Assembly: GCA_000320545.1 (NCBI GenBank) | Contig: ADNK01000014.1 | Location: 11,914 to 75,913, forward strand | DNA length: 64,000 bases | Direction: 5' to 3' | Source: Bigelowiella natans CCMP2755 | Lineage: Eukaryota; Protista; Cercozoa | Shown here: piece after piece, positions 54,401 to 64,000 of the stretch | Layout: each line of letters opens with the position of its first letter | How positions within the stretch are numbered: position 1 is the stretch's first letter | Made by a program: the position numbers and the translations under genes | Notes under the pieces: model-generated | The model's input: the letters and a program-made list of their open reading frames with translations, nothing else | Database searches by the model: none | What the model was told of the DNA's origin: nothing

Positions 54401-54803
54401 ATGAGTTTTACTTCGGTGGTCGGCTCCTCATTTGGCGGGCTTTCGCTCAACAGCGGCCAACGTCTTGCAGTCAAAGCGGCACTTCTTAAGCTGAGTTTGC
54501 AGGAAAAACTTGAAAACATTGTTTTCTGGGGAAAGATCATGGGTACTGAGAAAGATTACCTTATCGCTAAGAACCTCAACGCGGGGAAAATGGAGTTCTC
54601 AAAGACTTTCTATGTTAGGTATTTGAAATAATTATCATAGAGAGGAAGATTTAGGTTCGTTGTGCATATTCACATCATATCTTATTTTTTTTTGCAGTGT
54701 GGACGATGGTGTGAAGTTCTCGAATCTTCTTCCAATCAGCGAGGAGAAGGCTGCCCTAGCCAGTGCTATTAAGTTTGAAATGTTCACAGGTGTGTGTTGT
54801 GTG

Positions 54804-54836
<33 letters not shown>

Positions 54837-55694
54837 CTTATATGTCGTATTTTGTGCTTGTGTTGTAACTGCAATAAATTTTCCTTGTCTTAATATACAA
54901 TTGCATGTATCTCTGCAAATGTATATGCGCACTCTGAAAGTCTCAGAGCAGTTGCTCTTTATAGAGTAGAACACTGCCAGATTCTGCTCCATCCATATCT
55001 TTGAATCGTTGGCACGAATATATATATGTATATAAATTAATGTGTTCATTTTAAATGTGTATGAAATGTGATTGTAGTTGCTTTATAATGTGTGCAGGCA
55101 ACCCACAGAACCGTTACGGTGATGCGCCTGAGGAGGAAGAACCTGAAGAGGGAGAAGAGAAAAAGGTTTTGAAAATTACGTAAATCATTAACCTAACCCT
55201 GACTACTCACTCCAAAGTCATGCTCCTTACCTCTCTAATTCCTACAAAATTAGCCGGACGCTCGGTTAAGCGAGGAGGAAAGGCTTTTCTACGTCGTGTC
55301 GAAGATCGATCACGAAACAAGTATCGTCCCCACTGGCAGTTACGTATGCACTCCAACATCTCGCGTGGTCAAAAACCCGGAGTTTTCCGGTCTCAGCATG
55401 GAGGCTGCTAAGAAGCTCGTTTCATACAGCATGATGCGGCAGCCTGAGAGCAAACAGATTATCACGAAAAACAAGGTCCGTGGAGCCTCGAACACGGTCG
55501 GATTCCTCGATCCCCTCAATAACAAACCGACAGGGACGTGGTGCGTCAAGACAGACGAGACCGGCTTGATGGTCACCATTCGTAACTATCGATGGATCGG
55601 ATTCGAGTTCCACACGCTTGTAGGCGAGTCCTGGTTCGAGTCTGCGTACTTCGGGGATGGGTTAGCGAACGAAGACCTTGCTCTCATGGTTTAA
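54401..55694 (+). CDS. RSPH9: Radial spoke head protein 9 homolog, 4 exons
   Basis: LNSGQRLAVKAALLKL...FWGKIMGTEKDYLIA, FTG|NP, LSEEERLFYVVSKIDHETSIVPTGSY...NPEFSGLS, GTW...IRNYRWIGF...YFGDGLANEDLALMV*. Confidence 0.93.
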
Positions 55695-56519
55695 GAAAAG
55701 AAGGATGAGAGTTGTCAGTTGAAACACTGGCGATGACACGCTAGAGAGTCTGTTGCCATCTATCCCGTACTAAAAATCACATCGGAGGGAGGATGTATAC
55801 CCTATGCAAATTGTGCCGACAGGTGCTTGAATAGTGCAATAAGGGTGGATTTCGTATGCTCACAACTGCTACCTAGAGACGTACACACACATACACGAAT
55901 GTTGTTGTATCGTAGACATTGTTACTACTATAGGGCGCTTCTGCAACTTCAATCATCATGTTGCATTGATGCATGGCTGCGCTTGACGCATATGGCTACA
56001 GCTAGCTAGATAGGTTGAATGAATCGAATGCATCGCAGCACGCGTACGTATACAGTCGACATCGCGGTGGCCATATGACAACGCGCCAGGTATAGGTACT
56101 CTGATTTATGACTTGTCAGTTGTCGTCATGCTATATATGTGAGACGTCTAATGTGTAATGGCGAATGTGTGAGTCATTAAATGTTTAGCTGCCTGAGGCT
56201 TGCATGCGCACAGATGTATACATGCACGGCACGTGCGTGTCGTAGGCACATGATATTGCGGTCGGCAGCGCAGCACAATAATGTTCAAAGTTATGAATTT
56301 AGGCTATAGATCGACATTACACCATGACCGCTTTAAAGCTTAATATTTGAAGTGTACAGCCACGCAACTTAAGCTTGCGCATGAATTATATCACTGAGGA
56401 ACTCCCGTGCATAGTAACCGCTGATGTGACATAAAAAATAGAAAATAAACACGCTCTCCCTCCCTCTCTTATTCTGTGCAACATTACTGTAGAGCTGCAC
56501 TCATGGCTTATCAAACGTA

Positions 56520-57886
56520 TTAATCTTCAGCTTCGATGGCCGTAAGCGTGAGCTGGACTCCCATTCCCATGTCAACTCCATTCCATTGTTCAATCGCCTT
56601 CTGTCCAATCTCGGGCTAACAGCATTGTGCAGAAGGTAATAGATAGTGCGATAAACACAAAGAATGAGATATGATTGTAATAATGCATAGCACAGCATAC
56701 TTAAAATAGAACCAAAAACTGAGATAGGTGAAGAGCAGTAGTGCTGTACATTCGCTACCACCACTCTGCTTGCTTAATACATCCATCATATACTTATCTA
56801 CGATATTGCACTAACACAACTGCTGTTCGGATGCTTTTGTTGTTATTGGTGTCTACGCACATTCTCGAATTCAACAACACCACTGACTCCAACGGCCTCA
56901 TCATCCTCTGGGGCAGGGCTTTGTAGTAGGCAAATTAACGAGGTGCAGAAGGGAAAAAGTGGGGAAGGGGGGGGGGGTGAGCATGAGCGATTTATCAAGT
57001 TGCATCACTACTTCTATACTTGATTCCGACAACCAGGGAGAGAAGAAATGCTCTCGCAAAAAGAATATATTGATCAAAGAAGAGACGATAAGATATTCCT
57101 CTCTACATACACGCATGCACGCACGCATACATCACACATTCTGGACGAGACAGAATAGGGGTACCATCGACGAAGGAGACATGCAGCTACTATTATTCGC
57201 TCATGAACAATATTACATGTATTCAAGGGAGACGACTGTTCCAAAGTCTGCGAAGGTGCCTTTCACGGTCTGGTTGGGTTAGGAAGAATAACAGTGTATA
57301 AGTCGGTATTCATAGTAATAACGACCGGAGTGTGCACACGTCTCTACCACTTCTACTTCCTCCTCCTCCTCCTACTGCTGCTGCTGCAGCAGCAGCCGCT
57401 ACTTGCACTACAGCAGCAACGGCGCGGCAGAACCTCTTCGTCCAACATGGACGGGAATCCTGCAAACTTGACTTTGTTGGAGAGCTTGGGAGGAGTGTCC
57501 ATAATCTTCTGTATCATATCCATCATCTCCACGTACTCTTCAGATTTGCCGTATCTGCTCAACGGAGTGGAGGATGAAGAGGGTAAGGATAAGGACAATG
57601 GCATAAAGAAGATAATTTATACACACTACTGATAGTGAGAGGAATTGTCAGGCGTGACCATCTTAAGGTGTTGTCGCGTTGAAAGAAACGCCTACCGTTC
57701 TCGTGCATCAGAAGGGTTTTCGCAGTATTCTCTTAGAATGTTCAGACGTTCAGTTCGGTAGTTGTCGGTGTAGAATTTCGCCCTGAAGCCATTATATATG
57801 TTTTGTGTGTGTGTGTGTGTGTATCTTAAAAGGGGGAGGTTCCCAGTGACGTCTATGAAGTATCTTCTTTTTTCATCATTTTCGTT

Positions 57887-57917
<31 letters not shown>

Positions 57918-59623
57918 CACTATCCTAGTTACTTTATCGATCCATCATGCAACTTTTTGCTGTATAGTACAATAATGTTATCGTCGTTGTCATCATCGTT
58001 GACTTACAAATCCAAAAGCTTTGGCCGCTCGTACCGCCACTTCTCCCATCCAACGGCATCCGGGTTAAACGTGGGTTTCTATTCCGAATATGCAAGCAAA
58101 GACGGGAAATGACGATACAAATGCAGAGAGAGAGGAAGATCAGATGCCAAAAAAGAGGACGACGACGATCACGAAGACGAAAATATAGCAAATCAAGGTT
58201 ATTGTAATGGAAAAGATCAAATGTACATCATACTGGATCTTCAACTCGCTAGCAAATGAGGAGCTTTTATTATTTTAAGCGATATACTACAGCACGCTAC
58301 AATAGTTTCTTCCCCACTCCTTTTCCCCTCCTAACCTGAGGTTTTGTCATGATCTTGCATTGCACCCACATCCACTTCAAATCCTCTCCCTGCGTCACGA
58401 TTCATTCATTACGACTACAATCGGCAGCAATAAGAGCAGCGTATGACTGACAACGATGCTGGCAACAGAAAGCCGCTCGCAGACCATATCATTGTCAACT
58501 ACAAGGCAAGCAATCCGAATGGGGGACAGAGGACATGATATGAGTGTAGCTCACATCTAATCCAGGCGGCACTGGTATGCGCATGTTCTCTTCAATATCG
58601 ATAGTTATCTGATGATAAGATACAAGCAATTGATGTGTTACTTTTGTGTGCTTCGATTAAGTTTGTTGGAATTATTCGCATGGGCTGAGAGATTATTGAT
58701 GCGTACATCTCTTGTTCCCCAGAAAGGTGGGACAGTTTTGTAGACCAGCTTCGCCTCAGGGTCGTTTCGATCAAATTCGTCCTGCGACATGGCAAGGTGG
58801 TGTCAGGCCAACAGGTTCAGCGGGACGGTTTGTTGCCCCACCCCCTCCATATCATACTACACGTATACTTTTTCGTCTGAAAAACCTCCAAAAGCATGAA
58901 ATCTTCCAGACCAGCTCGAACTGAATAAAGAGGAAATTCAAGTGAGCGTGCTTCAAGAAAACACTTCAGAAGAAAGCCTCTTTTTGCGACGAAGGGTATA
59001 TGAATATCTGTTCTAAGCTCGATGTGTAGTTAGAATGTTTTCAGGAGGCAATGGGGTACCTTGGTTATGTTTCCTATATTTCCTCGCGTTCAACAACAGT
59101 TCTTGCTGCGGCATGCTAGTTACGAGTATGATAAATTATTTCAACGGAGAGAGGTTTCATTATTAGATCCATCGTCGCAGGTTTGTGTTCACCGTGACTT
59201 CGGTCATAATTTACCTCGAGAATAAGTTGCGGCGGGGTAGCACCACGTATCGTGCTGCTGCATTCCTCTGTGAAATCCTTTGTGGGCAATTAACACGCCA
59301 GGAAGTAGCAGTTGCGCTGGTACGTAGATTGTATATTATGCATGGTTATGTTTTATATTCATATGTTAGTCGGAAAAATGCACGTGTCGGTGGCTGTCCA
59401 CCTAATATTTCTTTCTGTGAAGTCCCTCCCTGAGTAGATCCACAAGATTAGCGAAAGCGTCGAGGCAACAGCAAGCAATCCCCACACATGGACCGTTGAA
59501 GGCTGGCCAAGGGATCTAGAATAATGTGCCACACATGAGTTATGCTTCAGCAGGTTAACAAATAACACCAGATTATTTCTATCGATTTGTCCAGATAGAG
59601 CGGGGGTGCTCGGACCTGGGCAT
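56520..59623 (-). CDS. Putative plastid-targeted RRM-like protein with bipartite signal + transit peptide, multi-exon
   Basis: Spliced leader MPRSLGQPSTVHVWGLLAVASTLSLILWIYSG (hydrophobic), then Arg/Ser/Ala-rich SATATSWRVNCPQRISQRNAAARYVVLPRRNLFS...HNQVRA. C-terminal KVKFAGFPSMLDEE|TVKGTFADFGTVVSLEY...GVVEFEN|PEIGQKAIEQWNGVDMGMGVQLTL fits an RRM pattern. Junctions near 58400-58550 and 56900-57200 are uncertain. Confidence 0.7.
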
Positions 59624-59952
59624 AATTTAGAGTTCCGGTGCGTAGGGTATGTGTGTAGGGGTGGCGGAAGTCCAGCAGGACAAAAGGCCGATAAATTATT
59701 TCCTAAAGTTTATATATGTCGCTACGTATAAATGCCCAGTCTGGATGGGATTTCTGTGCCCGTCCCTAATTTATCGTAGGGAAAAATCGTACGAGCTCAC
59801 GAACTCGTAATATCCAGGATATTAATGGAAATACCTCGTTTTATCACTGTAACGAGGGATTTTCCAATGAATGGCCTTCATTTCGTCCCTGCGGTATGGT
59901 AAAAGTGAGGTAAGGCGGAGAAATTCCCTCGTGCACCAGCGTAGTCGGGAGG

Positions 59953-61511
59953 ATGCCCGTGTCTGCGGGCGTCGGATACATAGTTGCAGTCGCTTCTGCC
60001 TGCCTCAATGGAAGCTTCCCCGCCCCCTTCAAGCTACCTTCGGTCATAAGAACAAAAAATGTATCATCATGTGGGAGGATGAAGGAGAACTTTGTGGTTG
60101 TTTGTGGCTGCTCAGGTGCAACGGTGTGATCTGCACCCGATGCTGTTCCAACTCTACGTATCGGTGGGCGTGTTCTTGAGCAGCTGGCTCGTTCTTCCAT
60201 TCATGCAATTTAACGGGGATCTAACTGATGCGGATGGCAAGAATACTCCTGCTTTTCCATTCCCATGGCTGGGTCTTATCGCCGGGATGATATTCGTAGT
60301 TTCAATATTATTCTCTTTTGCTGCGATCCCTTACATCGGGCTTGCAATGGCTCAAGGGGTGTGGGGTGGCTCTGCGATTCTTGTGGCCTTCATATGGGGA
60401 GGTAGTTTTCTGACCTAGTGGGGGGAGGAGGGGTCTTCTTTACATGGCTATGACATCTGCCATAAGAACCACAATTTTTTGTTTAGTCGCGATCTTTGGA
60501 AATCCAGTGGACAGTATCGGCGTAGCATTCGCTGCGATAATCCTACTTCTTACTGGAGTCCTTGGCATAGCATTTTGCGAGACAATTGCTAATAAGATCA
60601 ACGAGTGGCGAGGAAAGGACAGCAGCTATGGCGGCCTTGATGAGAAGCTCGATCCTCTCTCCGGAGATCCTGAAATCAAAATGGAGGGCTCCAATGAGGG
60701 CACTCATTTGACAACAGAAGAAGGCGACAAAGCTATGGGCAAGTAATCATATAAACTAATCATTATTGAGGGGATGGCTGATATTAATACTATTTCTTGT
60801 AAATTTAGTTGGTTGCTTGGAATTATCTTCGCTCTTTGTGTAGGTTTAGCTGGAGGATCTACTCTGGTGAGAAATTTTCACAAAATATTCCTCCTGGCTC
60901 CCTTCTTCTAGTTTATCTATATAATCCAGATATAAGGGAAAGGGGGGGAGGCGCGGGAGGGGGCTATAAAGTTTTAAATGTGATTTTTAGTGTTCACGAT
61001 TATATTTTATATGCGTGGTTTGTGGGTTGTGAAATCAGGTACCCCTTAATTATGTTGCAAAGAAAGAAAGCGGTTTAGCATTTGTCCCTGCATTTGGATG
61101 TGGGGCGATGATTTTCTCCCCCCTGGTGGCGGTGCTCTGGTTTTCGTACGCCAACAACAGCAAATGGCCACCGCTTCATCTTCGAGAAACTTTGTGGGCT
61201 GGCATTTTGTCTGGAGCATTGTGGAATGCTTCCAACATATGTGCGATTATCTCTATCCCGGCTATCACATACTCTGTGGCTTACCCTATGCTACAATGTG
61301 CTCTGTTCGTAGCAGGTCTATGGGGAATTTTCGCGTTCAGGTAACAGATAACGGCGTGTGCGAAATGAAATGTCCCATTTATATTATTTTTTAAAAAAAA
61401 GTGTTGTGAAATATTTCCAGGGAGATCCAAGGTGAAGCAGTGTACATATTTTTCGCATCTGGAGCAGTATTAATTTCAGGCGCCATCTGTCTTGCTTTAA
61501 ATGCAACGTAG
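59953..61511 (+). CDS. TMEM144-like drug/metabolite (sugar) transporter family membrane protein, multi-exon
   Basis: GYIVAVASACLNGSFPAPFK, PMLFQLYVSVG, AAIPYIGLAMAQGVWGG, LAGGSTLVPL, AGILSGALWNASNICAII...VAYPMLQCALFVAGLWGIFAFREI. Confidence 0.85.
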
Positions 61512-63598
61512 TATCCCAATAATGCTGCATTTTGACAGCAGTGACAATCGCAGGGAACGATTTGAATAAAATGTATAAATGTTCACCTAGAACAAACGTT
61601 ATAGCGTTTCTTAATAATTTTCAACTATAATTTGCTCCCAGCACAATCATAGACCCTAACATGTCTAGAAATTGCCAGAGAATCAGGACAAATAGTGATT
61701 ATTGTGCGCGAGGTCTAGTAAAATCACAAGCAAGAGTCTATTATTTCTCTACACTTGTGTAAATATTGCGCACAGTGCTAGAGTGCTGCGCTAGCTGCTA
61801 ATCAAACTTGATGCGCTCTGGCAAGCTTAGCACGACGGAGCTGACATAACTAGATTAGTAGAGAGAGATCGAGCTCGCAGTATTGATCTGCGTAATGCTG
61901 CGCGTTGTAGTTTTGATGCATGTACGTAGTAGGCTAGGCATATATAGTTTTCTAATTTTGTGCTGCAGAATACATGTACAGAATATTAACATGCAGAGAA
62001 TGTTTGTTGTCGCATAAACTTTAGTGGAAATGATATTATATTGCTGTGTCTATTATGGAATCTGTACATCGTATCGTGCCGCTATGTGGAATAATGCTTT
62101 AGCGCAAATATCATTCTTCTGCTGAACTAATTTTTAACTCGTCGTAAAGTTTTTGGACTGCTTCCGTATGAAACATGAGATATTCGTCTGGGAACAACTG
62201 GCGCTTCCGAAATTCCAGAAGCTATCTGATGAATGGTTGAAAGAATGAATTTGGTTTCGATTAAAGCATTTGTACTGCTACCTTGTGCATGACTATGGTA
62301 GAGTCTGAATCGCTGATTATAAGCCTTGCAACACTATCACCCTGACATTTATTAACGTAAGATAAAATTTCACGACGTTGAGGATAAATAAGAGAGACCT
62401 GAAGGCTTTGGTCACCCGAAGCACAGTCCTGGTACAATCTGCCACACATCGGCAAAGTAAAAAAATATCAATAAAGAATATCTGCGGAAACCTTTTCGCT
62501 GAAATCGTGTCTCTTGCACCGTAGAATGTACATTTGAACTGAACGGGGAAAATTAATAATTAGCATTTATATTTGTCGTCACGAGCATCAAAGGGGTCGA
62601 TGCATCAACCTCAGATCCCGAAGGCTGGCCCTTGCTCCACCTCGTCCAAGTTTTCTTGTGAGTCTCCACCCAACGAAGATTGTGAATAAGATGATTATGC
62701 GCCTTAAATATGAGCAAGAATTAGGCTTGGATTAGATATTAACAACGCTGCGCGAGCTGACCACAGGGAGTGGGTCGTCTTTCTCCATCCGATTCTAGCT
62801 CGAGGTGGATGCTCTCTCAACAACAATAATGTGAATAAATTAATGGGCAATATCCAATCCCCATTATATCGTACATATAGTGCATACATTTACACTATGC
62901 AATGATGTGATGCGAGCGGTGTTCATGCCTTTAGACAAAATATTTTAAGAAGTTCGACGCTGTATATCTTGACAGCTTCAGGCGGGTATCAAATTTGGTA
63001 TCCCTTGCTCTCCACTCGAGGATTCGCATGGCATTTCCGAGATTTCAGCCATCACTGCCAGTAACCGGCACTAAGTGAAGATATATTGTCGCTTCCTATA
63101 AACGGCCTATTTTTTACATGTAATTACATTTGCAGTTATTGCAACCGCGTGTAACCGCGCGCAAGTCAGTCTTTTATTGGACCACCATTTCATTGTCGTA
63201 TCTCACAAATATAATCTATTCGAGTCATACAGATGGCATTGACAGCCGACTTTCGACAAAATAATGAGATCTGAATGTACTGTACAAATAGACATGAATA
63301 TGTTGTTTCTTAGTACGTTTTTACATATTTAAAGGATAATAATTGTAAAAAGATTAAAATAAGATCGCGATTTGCCATCATCTCTCTCATAGTTGTACCT
63401 GAACAATGGAAATGTCGCGTTCTCATTCCCGTTCTCAATTGACCTCATTCTTGCATACGGATCACAGTCGAGACAGGAGGGGCGCTTTGCTAAAAAAGTC
63501 TGGTCCATATAAGAAGGGCAGAGCACTGTAGAGGCAAGGGAAGAAGACTCCCCGCCCCTGGCAATTGGAGGGCTTCTTCGAAAAGAACGGAGCGTAAA

Positions 63599-63860
63599 AT
63601 GAAAGCTGGAATGACCACCCTGGGACTTCTCGTACTGGCTATTTGCCCTACTGTCACCCATGCTTTCGTTGCATATGCTATAGAGAGTTACAATACCGGT
63701 TACATCCTTCGGACAGTCAATGCCGGCAGAAATTGGACCAATGTGCAAACGACTTTCAACAGTCTTGAAGCCGTGGGATTCAGAGGAGACGTCAGTCCAT
63801 TACTTTAGCCCAATCTTAGTTCATAATTTGTATTCATTTCTATTTTCGCTTATGTATTAG

Positions 63861-63933
<73 letters not shown>

Positions 63934-64000
63934 TATGTTTGTGTGAGTGTGTGTGTGTGTGTGTGTGTAAAGATTAGGAGAGAGTGAGCCTCCGATAATA
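63599..64000 (+). CDS. 5' part of a secreted protein with an Asp-box/BNR-like repeat (runs off window)
   Basis: Signal peptide MKAGMTTLGLLVLAICPTVTHA, then GYILRTVNAGRNW (T.D/N.G..W motif); intron with (TA)n/(GT)n follows. Confidence 0.55.
63865..63968. repeat. (AT)n and (GT)n microsatellites in intron
   Basis: Directly visible. Confidence 0.95.

Noticed and set aside
61600-63500. Possible gene or retroelement remnant
   Set aside because: Only short ORFs with no recognisable domain.
1-64000. CRISPR arrays, tRNA/rRNA genes, prokaryotic operons; ORFs made of VCVC/YIYI/THTH runs
   Set aside because: All visible repeats are simple microsatellites, and such ORFs are translations of them. No repeat-spacer periodicity or cloverleaf was recognised by eye; tRNAscan-SE/Infernal were not run.

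Overview
Eukaryotic nuclear DNA from an intron-rich, flagellated protist. A bipartite signal + transit-peptide leader on one gene points to a chlorarachniophyte-like alga with a secondary plastid (inference). Introns are short and often filled with microsatellites, so most entries in the six-frame ORF track are spurious; I assembled gene models by hand from GT/GC-AG boundaries and frame continuity, and internal boundaries are unverified. About 14 genes are present: RhoGAP + STARS/Costars protein, LRRC9, SAM + circularly permuted ATP-grasp protein, a multi-pass membrane protein, MFSD5/MOT2, an ankyrin-repeat protein, an RPAP2/Rtr1 homolog, a JmjC protein with signal peptide, a Pho80/P-type cyclin, a small hypothetical protein, TRM112, RSPH9, a plastid-targeted RRM protein, a TMEM144-like transporter, plus partial genes at both edges. 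The most unusual items are three domain architectures: (1) a bacterial-type CP-ATP-grasp ligase fused to an N-terminal SAM domain and fully intronised; (2) an RPAP2/Rtr1 protein whose zinc finger is split by an inserted NDP-kinase domain lacking the catalytic His; (3) a RhoGAP fused to an ABRA/STARS-type actin-binding C-terminus. No rRNA, tRNA, CRISPR or intact transposon was recognised.
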